Assembly: GCA_950097015.1 (NCBI GenBank)
Contig: CATNEN010000002.1
Coordinates: 1,364,001 to 1,428,000, forward strand
Direction of reading: 5' to 3'
Source of the DNA: Macrostomum hystrix
Taxonomy: Eukaryota; Animalia; Platyhelminthes
Length of the DNA stretch: 64,000 nt
The notes below the pieces were generated by a model, which made no database searches, was not told the origin of the DNA, and worked only from the letters and a program-made list of their open reading frames with translations. The position numbers were made by a program, and so were the translations under genes. Positions 1-11,661 of the stretch are shown piece by piece. The stretch's first letter is position 1. Each line of letters opens with the position of its first letter.

Positions 1-75
1 AGACTCAAGGGTGGGGTATGGCTGAGTATCCTGAAGACTCAAGGATGGGGTATGGCTGAGTATCACGAAGTCTTT
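1..75. repeat. End of a ~35-bp minisatellite in ADSS intron 2
   Basis: GGTATGGCTGAGTATC and AAGACTCAAGG each occur twice at the window edge. Confidence 0.65.
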
Positions 76-162
76 GGTGAGGAAGTCTGCAAGATTGTGT
101 ATATTTAAGTACTTTGAAAACTGAGGATAAGGGATCAAAATTAGGTCATTTGGTTTATTCAC

Positions 163-1845
163 CTGCAAAGCCATTCCGATGCTGTCAGTGAGCTCAGTGG
201 GAAAACCGCCGGCGCCAACTCGAGTTGTGTAGGCCTTCACAACGCCGTAGACGCTGGTAACCAGGTGGGGCGGTACCCCAAGGCCCGTGCAGAGGCCGCC
301 AACGCTGCAGTTGGAGCTGGTCACGTAGGGATAAGTGCCAACGTCTATGTCCAGCATTGAGCTCTGGGCGCCCTGAAGTAATTGAAGCGGGGAGGTAATG
401 TTAACTTAAAGTGGAGAAGAGAGTGTAAGCATCAGGTAAAGGTTCAGGAAGGGTGGTGTTGAATTCAGGTAGGGTGGTATTGGGTTCAGGTAGGGTGGTA
501 TTGGGTTTAGGTAATATGATATTAGGTTCAGGTGGAACGGCATGGGTTTAGGTGAGATAGGATCGGGTTCAGGTGAGGTGAGATCGGGTTCAGGTGAGGT
601 GAGATCGGGTTCAGATGAGATGGGATCGGGTTCAGGTGAGATGGGATCGGGTTCAGGTGAGGTGAGATCGGGTTCAGGTGAGATGGGATCGGGTTCAGGT
701 GAGATAGGATCAGGTTCAGGTGAGGTGAGATCGGGTTATGGTGAGATGGGATCGGGTTATGGTGAGATGGGATCGGGTTCAGGTGAGATGGGATCGGGTT
801 CAGGTGAGATAGGATCGGGTTCAGGTGAGATGGGATCGGGTTCAGCTGAGATAGGATCGGGTTCAGGTGAGGTGAGGTCGGGTTCAGGTGAGATGGGATC
901 GGGTTCAGGTGAGATCGAATCGGGTTCAGGTGAGATGGGATCGGGTTCAGGTGAGGTGAGATCGGGTTCTGGTGAGATGGGATCGGGTTCAGGTGAGATC
1001 GAATCGGGTTCAGGTGAGATAGGATCGGGTTCAGGTGAGATCGAATCGGGTTCAGGTGAGATGGGATCGGGTTCAGGTGAGGAGGGAACAGGTTTAGGTG
1101 AGATGGGATCAGGTTCAGGTGAGATTATATGTCTAACCTCCACCAGAATGTGACAGTCAGGCTGCTGCATCTGCTGGTTCAGGTAGAGCACGGTGTCTCG
1201 CACCATGGGTTTCAAGCGCTCTCTCAGCAGGCGCAGGGTAGCCAACTCGGAATCTGCCGTATGGGCATCTCTAAGGCGTTGAGCATACCGATCTCTGGTG
1301 TACTCAAGTAGAGCCATGTACTTCTGCTCGAAGGCGGCCCAGTCGCCCATGAGGTCGCAGATTCGAACCCCGTTGCGCTGCATCTTGCTGCTATAGGTCG
1401 GGCCGATGCCCTTCCGGGTGGTGCCGAGACGGTTGCCCGCGCCGCCGGCCACGCCGCCCTCCTGAAGGCCGTCAACAATCTGGTGAAAGTTGAACACCAG
1501 GTGAGCCCGATCGCTGATGATTAGACGCTGCTCAATATCGGTCAGACCCTTAGCCGTGGCCTTCTCAATCTCGCCGAACAGATCCGGTATGTGGACCACC
1601 ACACCGTGGCCGATGACGCCAACAACGCCGGGATGCACGACGCCCGACGGTAGCAGGTGGAAATCGTAGGTAACACCGTCGACAAGGACAGTGTGGCCAG
1701 CGTTGTTGCCGCCCTGACAGCGGCAGACGACGCGCACGGACTCCTTGGCTGCCAGCCAGTCAACCAGCTTGCCTTTGCCTTCGTCGCCCCACTGGCTGCC
1801 CATCACGAAGGTCAACTGGGCTTTCGCGGCTCCGTTAACGGACAT
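163..1845 (-). CDS. ADSS: Adenylosuccinate synthetase, 5' part (exons 1138-1845 and 163-372; continues beyond the left edge)
   Basis: Signature motifs [39 protein letters not shown]. Exon 1 ends ILVE|GTTAGA. Exon 2 begins ttcag|[21 protein letters not shown] and ends |GTGAAT; phases are consistent. ATG at 1845 (the track start at 1866 is GTG). Confidence 0.96.
430..1125. repeat. 21-bp minisatellite filling ADSS intron 1
   Basis: Unit GAGATGGGATCGGGTTCAGGT, ~28 copies, with a degenerate ~20-bp variant at 430-540. Confidence 0.95.
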
Positions 1846-2124
1846 TTCACTGCTATTATTAATCACTTATTGGCTCCTGCCTACAATAGAATTAGCTCTT
1901 AGATTTCACCTGCAGATTTGAACATTGCGAATCGGCGATTAAGCAACTTTTTAAATTCAGATCATGCCTATAATACGACTAATGACGCTTATAAACTGCA
2001 GATATAAATTTGAGGAATATAACAACTGATAGCTACGAGTATAGTATTTACAAAGTAATAAAATACTACAATCAACTTTTTAAATACAATAATCAAACAA
2101 AGGAAATTATAGAAATTTAATTGG

Positions 2125-4190
2125 ACTGAAGAACTCACTGCATCACAAAATCACACCAAAGAACTCACTGAATCACGGAATCACACTAACGAACACACTG
2201 AATCACACCAACGAACTCACTGAATCACACCAACGAACTCACTGAATCACACCAACGAACTCACTGAATCACACCAACGAACTCACTGAATCACACCAAC
2301 GAACTCACTGAATCACACCAACGAACACACTGAATCACGGAATCACACTAACGAACAAACTGAATCACACCAACGAACTCACTGAATCACACCAACGAAC
2401 TCACGGAATCACACCAACGAACTCACGGAATCACACCAACGAACTTACTGAATCACACCAACGAACACACTGAATCACGGAATCACACTAACGAACACAC
2501 TGAATCACACTAAGGAACTCACTAATCACACTAAGGAACTCACTGCATCACAAAATCACACCAAAGAACTCACTGAATCACGGAATCACACTAACGAACA
2601 AACTGAATCACACCAACGAACTCACGGAATCACACCAACGAACTCACTGAATCACACCAACGAACTCACTGAATCACACCAACGAACTTACTGAATCACA
2701 CCAACGAACACACTGAATCACGGAATCACACTAACGAACACACTGAATCACACTAAGGAACTCACTAATCACACTAAGGAACTCACTGAATCACACTAAG
2801 GAACTCACTGAATCACACTAAGGAACTCACTGAATCACACTAAGGAACTCACTGAATCACACTATGGAACTCACTAAATCACACTAAGGAACTCACTAAA
2901 TCACACTAAGGAACTCACTGAATCACACTAAGGAACTCACTGAATCACACTAAGGAACTCACTGAATCACACAAAGGAACTCACTGAATCACACAAAGGA
3001 ACTCACTGAATCACACTAAGGAACTCCCTGAATCACACCAACGAACACACTGAATCACACCAACGAACTCACTGAATCACACCAACGAACTCACTGAATC
3101 ACACCAACGAACACACTGAATCACACTAAGGAACTCACTGAATCACACCAATGAACACACTGAATCACACCAACGAACTCACTGAATCACACCAACGAAC
3201 TCACTGAATCACACCAACGAACTCACTGAATCACACTAAGGAACTCACTGAATCACACCAATGAACACACTGAATCACACCAAAGAACTCACTGAATCAC
3301 AAAATCACACTAAAGAACTCACTGAATCACATAATCACACCAAAGAACTCACTGAATCACAAAATCACACTAAAGAACTCACTGAATCACAAAATCACAC
3401 TAAAGAACTCACTGAATCACAAAATCACACTAAAGAACTCACTGAATCACAAAATCACACCAAAGAACTCACTGAATCACAAAATCACACTAAAGAACTC
3501 ACTGAATCACATAATCACACCAAAGAACTCACTGAATCACAAAAGCACACTAAAGAACTCACTGAATCACATAATCACACTAAAGAACTCACTGAATCAC
3601 ATAATCATATTAAGAACTCACTGAATCACATAATCATAATAAGAACTCACTGAATCACAAAATCACACCAAAGAACTCACTGAATCACAAAATCACACCA
3701 AAGAACTCACTGAATCACTAAAACACACCAAAGAACTCACTGAATCACAAAATCACACCAAAGAACTCACTGAATCACAAAATCACACTAAAGAACTCAC
3801 TGAATCACATAATCACACCAAAGAACTCACTGAATCACAAAATCACACTAAAGAACTCACTGAATCACATAATCACACTAAAGAACTCACTGAATCACAT
3901 AATCATATTAAGAACTCACTGAATCACATAATCATAATAAGAACTCACTGAATCACAAAATCACACCAAAGAACTCACTGAATCACAAAATCACACCAAA
4001 GAACTCACTGAATCACTAAAACACACCAAAGAACTCACTGAATCACAAAATCACACCAAAGAACTCACTGAATCACAAAATCACACTAAAGAACTCACTG
4101 AATCACAAAATCACACCAAAGAACTCACTGAATCACAAAATCACACTAAAAAACTCACTGAATCACTAAAACACACTAAAGAACTCAAAA
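2125..4190. repeat. Compound minisatellite, 22-bp units then 30-bp units
   Basis: ACGAACTCACTGAATCACACCA (22 bp) to ~3260, then AAAGAACTCACTGAATCACAAAATCACACT (30 bp). Confidence 0.95.
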
Positions 4191-4724
4191 AATCACACAC
4201 ACTTATAATAATCTGACATAGTTACATTTCCGATTTAAATAAACAAAATCGAAGTGACACTTTCTGTTCAGTAAATGTTTACACGATGTATAAATGTATA
4301 ACGAGTTGTGTAATAAACAATCGGTAGAACCGAAATCAATTCAAGTACTGATTTTTTGCAGTTTATTTCTGAATTTTAATAAAGAAAAATAAATAAATAC
4401 ACAATAAAGCAAGCAGCTTTTGACTCACTACAAAAAGCGGTTATTCACTGACAAATAAATAAAGAGGAAAGACAGTTGCGAAATTGAATATTTTTTTTTT
4501 TTGTTTATTGAATGGATCAAGAATATTGTACAAAATGATCACAGAACGGTTACTAAAAATAGAAATATATACGTTTTCATTTATGAAGTGTACACAGGCT
4601 CGGTACTATATTACATATCCATCTGACTGATTTTAAATTCTTACTTGTTAATTCTGGGCTTTTCAAACTATACAATTCAGACTGACCATATTACAAATAT
4701 TTCTGATTGTTCAGGACCTGAACA

Positions 4725-5326
4725 ACTTCAGGTGGGGGAGTAGGCAGATTCAGGTGGGGAAGTAGTCAGATTCAGGTGGGGAAGTAGGCAGATTCAGGTG
4801 GGGAAGTAGGCAGATTCAGGTGGGGAAGTAGTCAGCTTCAGGTGGGGAAGTAGTCAGCTTCAGGTGAGGAAGTAGTCAGCTTCAGGTGAGGAAGTAGTCA
4901 GCTTCAGGTGAGGAAGTAGTCAGCTTCAGGTGGGGAATTAGTCAGATTCAGGTGGGAAATTAGTCAGCTTCAGGTGAGGAAGTAGTCAGCTTCAGGTGGG
5001 GAAGTAGTCAGCTTAAGGTGGGGAATTAGTCAGATTCAGGTGGGGAAGTAGTCAGCTTCAGGTGGGGAAGTAGTCAGCTTAAGGTGGGGAATTAGTCAGC
5101 TTCAGGTGAGGAAGTAGTCAGCTTCAGGTGGGGAAGTAGTCAGCTTAAGGTGGGTAATTAGTCAGCTTCAGGTGGGGAAGTAGTCAGCTTCAGGTGGGGA
5201 AGTAGTCAGCTTCAGGTGGGGAAGTAGACAGCTTAAGGTGGGGAATTAGTCAGCTTCAGGTGAGGAAGTAGTCAGCTTCAGGTGAGGAAGTAGTCAGCTT
5301 CAGGTGAGGAAGTAGTCAGCTTCAGG
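4725..5326. repeat. 22-bp minisatellite beginning immediately after the stop codon of the tail-anchored protein gene
   Basis: Unit CAGGTGGGGAAGTAGTCAGCTT, ~27 copies. Confidence 0.95.
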
Positions 5327-5328
5327 TG

Positions 5329-6574
5329 CTACTTGGACACAAACTTCAGCACGTAGAACAAGCCAGCAGCCACGCCGCCAACAGCCAAGGAGGTGTACAC
5401 CACCTTGGAGGCGCTGTAGCTATCAGCATCAGCGCCTACAGGAGAACCTGCCGAACCGACAGCTGCAGCTTCGCTCAGAGCAACCAGAACGTCTGGACAT
5501 TCAATGCACAGCAGGGCCACTGTTCTGTGCAGAGAGCGCCGTCCAATGAAAGCCGCGTAAGCTGAGCACAGCCTGTCCAGGCGGTCATCGTTGAGACTGT
5601 CTAGACAGTTGCCAACCTCTTGAAGGCGAACAAGGATTTGAACAAACGCCCGATCGGCAGTCAGCACGTCGTCGAATATGGCGGCGTCGATGTCGGACTG
5701 AAGAGCGTCGGCCCATGCGGACTCCGACACGGCCTCCAGGTGCTCGAGGGCGTGCTCGAGTAGGCGGGCTCGGCTATAAGGTCAAAGTCCAATTCAAAAT
5801 CTCACCCCTAAAACAGTGGAATTCAAAATCTCACCCCTAAAAACTGTGGAACTCAAAATCTCACCCCTAAAAACAGTGGAATTCAAAATCTCACACCTAA
5901 AAACAGTGGAATTCAAAATCTCACCCCTAAAAACAGTGGAACTCAAAATCTCACCCCTAAAAACAGTGGAATTCAAAATCTCACCCCTAAAAACAGTGGA
6001 ACTCAAAATCTCACCCCTAAAAACAGTGGAATTCAAAATCCTACCCCTAAAAACCGTGGAATTCAAAATCTAACCGCTAAAAACTGTTAAATTCAAAATC
6101 TCACCCTCAGAAACCGTCGAATTCAAAATATCATCCCCAGAAACAGTCAAATTGAAAATCTGACCCTTTAAAAACAATCTCACCCTTAGAAGCCCTAGAA
6201 ACTGTCCGTGGTAAAATAGTAACAGTATTGAAAGAATTGATAAAACTGACAACCGAAGCTCACCTGCCGCCTTCTCCAGTTTCAGCCTGCAGGCACCGAG
6301 ACAACGCGGAACTCAACGGCAGTGGAGCTCTGGCAGCGAGCTGTTTAGCCCTGCGGCACAGTTTAGTCTCTAGACTCTTCCAAGCTCGAGTTGGGCAAGC
6401 TGTGGGAATTCTCAACAGGCCTAGACGTAGAGCGATGCAGGCGTCGACTGACTGCAGACATCGGTCTGGAAGGCGACCTGCCAGCACCTCCAGGCGCAGC
6501 TGGTACTGCAGCAAGCTATGGATGAGGCGCACAGCTTCACGCTCGAGGGCAGTCAACTCGCGCCAGTGACGCAT
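5329..6574 (-). CDS. Unknown ~251-aa helical protein with a C-terminal tail anchor (exons 6264-6574 and 5329-5773); BH3/BH1-like motifs
   Basis: Two GC-rich ORFs are joined in frame by donor CAG|GTGAG (6263) and acceptor ttatag| (5774). The protein ends in VVYTSLAVGGVAAGLFYVL followed by KFVSK. A polypyrimidine acceptor ttctctcag lies 24 nt upstream of the ATG. Confidence 0.8.
5790..6200. repeat. 30-bp intronic minisatellite
   Basis: Unit AATTCAAAATCTCACCCCTAAAAACAGTGG, ~10 clean copies decaying toward 6200. Confidence 0.93.
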
Positions 6575-6664
6575 ATCGCTTAATACCAATGCGGTCGACT
6601 GAGAGAAGTAATGATTGATTGATATATCAAATCAATCATATAATCCTATGCAATCTTCCCTAAT

Positions 6665-7145
6665 CCCTAACTACTGTAATCCCTACTGACATTCTATAAT
6701 CCCATCTGCTCTAATCCCTATCGTCATTCTATAATCCTATCTGCTCTAATCCCTACCGTCATTCTATAATCCCATCTGCTCTAATCCTACTGTCATTCTA
6801 TAATCCCATCTGCTCTAATCCCTACTGGCATTCTATAATCCCATCTGCTCTAATCCTACTGTCATTCTATAATCCCATCTGCTCTAACCCCTACTGTCAT
6901 TCTATAATCCCATCTGCTCTAATCCCGACTGTCATTCTATAATCCCATCTGCTCTAATCCCTACTGACATTCTATAATCCCATCTGCTCTAATCCCTACT
7001 GACATTCTATAATCCTATCTGCTCTAATCCCTACTGTCATTCTATAATCCCATCTGCTCTAATCCCTACTGACATTCTATAATCCTATCTGGTCTAATCC
7101 CTACTGACATTCTATAATCCCATTTGCTTTAATCTCAACTTTCAT
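6665..7145. repeat. 35-bp intergenic minisatellite
   Basis: Unit TAATCCCATCTGCTCTAATCCCTACTGTCATTCTA, ~13 copies. Confidence 0.93.
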
Positions 7146-7514
7146 TCTATAGTCCATCAGTTCTATTCATTGTGACGACTGAAAATATGTAAGAAAATAA
7201 ATAAATCCTATTTAGAATCGAAGACTTAAGCATCAAGTTAAAACTAGCTTAATCTTGTCTTCTTCGCAAAATATTTTTGTTAGAAAACGAAAAACGTAAC
7301 AGAAAGAATTAAAATTTAGTGCAAAAGCTGAGATTTTTTTAACAAAGCAAGTTGGCATTACGACTTCTTAGCAATTAAATTACTGCACAAAAGTGTAACT
7401 AGGACCAATGTTTTAAAAGCTTGTCTAACTTGTAAAGCTTGATAATTAAATGCTCTGACTTAAAGTTTTTTCATACTTTTAAAATTAGTTTTTTAGAGCT
7501 GAATTGTTAGCCTG

Positions 7515-9217
7515 CTAAAATGATGAAGACAGCAAACTCTGTGCTAGCAGATGCACTTTATTCTGTAGTTGAAACAGACCCACAGAGCCGCGGCTAGATA
7601 GGGAGGCTGTCAAAATACTTCTTTCAATAAGTCGCCTCGGATTAGAACAGATCAGAACGCACCAACCGCCGTGAAGTCTGGCATCAGGCGAAAGTCTAAT
7701 GCTACTAGAATCCTTCATGCCTTTAACGCTTTGAATACTGCTGTCTGCAGTAGCATCAGCAGTGTTGTTGCTGGCAGACTGGTCGAAACATTGCCGTTTA
7801 TGCTCGTCCAGAGATAGAACATCTTCTAGTTGAACGCAGCCTAGAATTAGCAGCGGCTGCGACGGTTCAGCTGATTTGGATGGCCTTGGAGGCAGGCTGG
7901 CTTGCTGGCAAGGGTAGAAATAGAAAGCGATTGTTCACGGTTGATAATGGAAGAGGATACTCATGCGATGTGAGGCGATTCTTGTAAGGATGGGAGACGA
8001 TACTCATGTGATGTGAGGTGATTCTGATGTGGATGGGAGACGATACTCATGCCATGTGAGATTGTGAGGCGATTGTCATGTGACGATTGGCACCAGGCGT
8101 GAATTATTAATGCGAATGAACATTAATGGTAGTAAACACTAACATTGCGGTCAGACGGCACAGCGATCCAGAGGCAGCCGCGGTGTGTTGGCCAGACCCT
8201 GCTGGGCAGTTCACCAAGATGGCCAGTAGAACAGGTGGAAGCCAATGAAAAAGATGCCACAGTGGGCATTTTGTCAGCAGGCAGCAGAAGCATGGAGGCC
8301 CAGGGCTCCCAGGCTTGAAGGCAGAGCCCATCGTCGCGCAAACGAAGCAGATGGCCGTCCTGCAGTCGCAGGCTGAGTCGGCGAAGTTCCTTTGTGCTGC
8401 AAGTCACCGATGTAGATGCCGAAGAATTAGTTGGGCAAGCCGATGGCGATGGTGGGCAAGGTGAAGAAAATATTAATCTAGGCGAGGCGCCAACGAATTG
8501 ACGAAGACCGCGACCTCGACCATTGGATATGGGTGGTGCGAGGCCTGGCGGAGCGGAACAGTACAGACAGGGTCCCGCGCCCTCTTGAGCGCATTGAATG
8601 CGACCGCAGGCCGCACAAGAACTAACAAAGCTGTGCCTGTTTGCGGCACAGTTGCATTCAATGCGACCAGGAATCAGCAATCTAGCAAAGCCACAATTTT
8701 CGAAGTTGCTGAACAATCGTTTAGTGTCACTAGGCAAGGAAATCGAGCATTGCTCATAGCGATGCTGTACAGAATAGGATGATGGCTGCTTAGGTTTATA
8801 AGTTGCATTTAGGTGAGCAAGCTGAGGAGTTTTCTCTTTAATGCAAGAATAAATTTCCTGATAGCTTTCAAACAATTGTTTCTTAGACTGACTTTTGTCT
8901 AGTATAACTTCAAATTCTTTCAGTTTAGCATGCTGTTTCCATTGGCTCTGTTGCTTCTGGTGGTACTGCTGCTGGTGATTTTGTGGCTTATGATGGTGCT
9001 GCTGCCAAACATTATGTGGCTTCTGATTCTGCAGCTTCTGCTGACACTGCCAGATAATCTGTGGCTTCTGCTGATACTGCTGCTGGCTCTCTGGCATCTC
9101 TTGTGGACTTTTGTGTTTTTCTTCAATTGGTGGCTTATAATGCAGTGCTTGTTGACTAATTATCATTTCTCTAGGATACTTGCATTGACTCTTTGGCTTT
9201 AGCTTATGTTGATACAT
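7515..9217 (-). CDS. TRIP4: TRIP4/ASC-1-like protein with C2HC5 zinc finger and ASCH domain (exons 8144-9217 and 7515-7904, ~487 aa)
   Basis: CNCAANRHSFVSSCAACGRIQCAQEGAGPCLYC matches the zf-C2HC5 pattern. ASCH pieces: GLCLQAWEPWASMLL, HRGCLWIA, LILGCVQLEDVLS, VLICSNPR, GSVGLFQLQNKVH. Phase-0 intron GTTAGT...ccttgccag. The N-terminal extent is uncertain. Confidence 0.85.
7955..8090. repeat. Degenerate ~43-bp triplet repeat in the TRIP4-like intron
   Basis: GATACTCATG..ATGTGAG..GATTCT recurs three times. Confidence 0.7.
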
Positions 9218-10899
9218 TGGCTTATAGTGCCAGAATTAGGATAAAGCTTGTTGTTGAAAAAAGTAAATTATTGTTTTCCTAGCAACACTTCAGTTACTCA
9301 ACTTAAAAACTAGATATTTACCAGTACTGCTGAAAAAAATAGTATTATATATTCAATTATATAAATCAATTATATTATATATTATATTATATATTATATA
9401 TTAAACAAATTAACACTAGATTAAACATTCAACAACATCACAACAACTATTGGTTATTAGTAAAGAAAATATATTTTCTGTTCTTCATGAGCTCATGACC
9501 ATACTAAACTGTGGTTGGATAGCTTTGATGAATGGTTAAAGTTCACTAAAGGAGAACTAAGGCAACAGTATTAAAGTATTTTAATTCATACTATCTATGG
9601 CTTAAAGAGCTTTGCAAAATTTTAGCTAATATTTGTTTTACTTAATCATTATTTCAAAAATGTAAACATAAAACTAATTTGTATGATTTCAAAAGGACAT
9701 TAAAAAACAGCTCAAGCCTTTTTATAAAAAACTGTTTTTAACTTATGTAAAACTCTGGCAGTTATTATTCATGTGTAACTTAATCATCTTACTGACAAGA
9801 CCTTTTTCCTTTTTCATCCCTTTTTGTGAAATCATTTTAAATCAAAAACACCTGAATTCACACAAATTATACAGTTAAATCTAAATGCAACACAGAGTTT
9901 TAAAAAGTCCCCATTGAGATTCATTTGCATGCCAATGCACTCCAAAAAGTGCTTTTGCACACCGATGTAAAGAATTTTTTTAGTTCAAATTTTGCTCTTG
10001 TTCAATGCACTATATTTTATATTGAAAGGAAACTATTGTTTAATATTTTTTAGACAATTGGGCTCTTAGAAGCTCATGAAAAAAGATATTTCGAAAAAAA
10101 TGCTGAACTTTGTTTGAATGTTTGTTTGGAGTTTGTTTAAAGATGCAATTTTTTTTAAAGTTTTGAATCACTTTTTGATGAAAATGGGAAATTTCTGCTT
10201 TAGCGCTTAGAACAGCTTAGTTAGACTTTAGCCAACAAGTTTATAAAATTTAATTTATTGTCCATATATTTTTGCCACTGACATTCTCCCATATGCTACT
10301 GCAGGTGGATGTGGACTTGAGGCGAACATATATGCTAAGCACCTTTTTGCATGTGGAATATGCCAATTGGAAGCCTGTGCTCGCAAAGTGCACACCGATA
10401 TATATACCAACTGCACAAATGTATGCTGGAAATTTCCTATGTAAAGTACATAATCCGAACTATGGCATGCATAGTTGTGGATTCTAACCTTGTATAGTAA
10501 ACTGTAATTATTTAAGCTTTATGTCCATGACATAATTTATCTTAATCAACATGTAACCATCTAACAACTTTTAACCATGAACCACCATGTTTTGGTAATG
10601 TGTACCCAATTGAAATTATGGTAATTTGAATGTGGTTCTAAAGAAGGACTTCTTCTAAAGGTATTTATGCAATTTTTGTGAAGGGCAAAGTCTATGAAGC
10701 CTATAGTTTGTTAGGCAAATTGAAAGCAACTTGCTGGTTTAAATTCCAGATTTGTTTCATGGACAGTTAGAGAGATTAATTAAGAAGTTTGATGGTCATT
10801 TCATCTGCCACTTTTGGTCTACAAATATATATTATAGTTGTTTTGACTGCCAATATTTGATATAGTCAATTTATTTGCTTGCTAACATAAATGATTAGG

Positions 10900-11172
10900 A
10901 CACAGTGGCAGAAAGAAGGCTCAGGACTAGTGTAATTTATGCCCTTGGGGGCCAACCTCCAAGATCACAGTGAAATGTACACTGCCTGACAATAAGACAG
11001 TCAGGGCAGATGTACACACTTGTGTGAGGTATGGCTATATACAGTACCTATGTGTGTGTACTCAGGAGTCAGCAAAATGGGCAGAATTCCTTTGCTATGT
11101 ATGGGTCTAGAACCTTAGTGTCACTAAATTATATGCCATTGCCAACAGCCCTCCCTCAATTATTATTATTAA
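10900..11172 (+). mobile_element. SINE family A copy
   Basis: Clearly similar to 31703-31915 (GGGCCAACCTCCAAG, GTACACTGCCTGACAAT, CAGATGTACACAC, AAATGGGCAGAATT) and ends in an (ATT)n tail. Confidence 0.7.
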
Positions 11173-11661
11173 TACTATTTTATATACAAAAATAATTTAC
11201 TACTTTTGATAACTACTGGACACTTTGTTAAATCATATAGAAAATGTTTATATTACATAAAACAATTTTTTTCTAAAAATGTTCTATTTCTATTTCTAAA
11301 TTTTGATTTTCTATAAAAAGTTTATAACTGCAATGCACACAAAAATTGATTGAATATATAAACAGCTGCTTTGCACAAAAGCTCTCTATTAAAAAATATA
11401 AAAAACTAGGGCCTACTGCCTATCCCACTGTAGACTGTTGCAGTGTTGGTCTATTCCTGTTTCCTGTCCATTTTTGTGTTTACACAGACCCAAGTCAATG
11501 GGACCTATTGTTTTTTAAAAGATAGGCCTAAGCCTAAATAGGGGTACCCAGCAATTCTATAGTTTCCAATCCATATCCAAGATCCACTTTTTCATAATCA
11601 AAGTGTCCAGTAAAAAGCAGTAAATGGAAAAATCAGGAGTTTTGAAAAAGAAGAATTTTTT

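Noticed and set aside
542-1153. 203-aa Gly/Ser-rich ORF, and the PEPD-repeat tail of the 369-aa ADSS ORF
   Set aside because: Both are translations of the 21-bp intronic array; ADSS splices out at 1138.
8930-9202. Leu-rich membrane-protein ORFs here and at 49708-50043 and 61706-62050
   Set aside because: Antisense shadows of CAG-rich coding sequence.
9925-9932. Octamer ATTTGCAT as an snRNA or SL RNA gene promoter
   Set aside because: Isolated motif; no snRNA- or SL-like sequence was recognised nearby.
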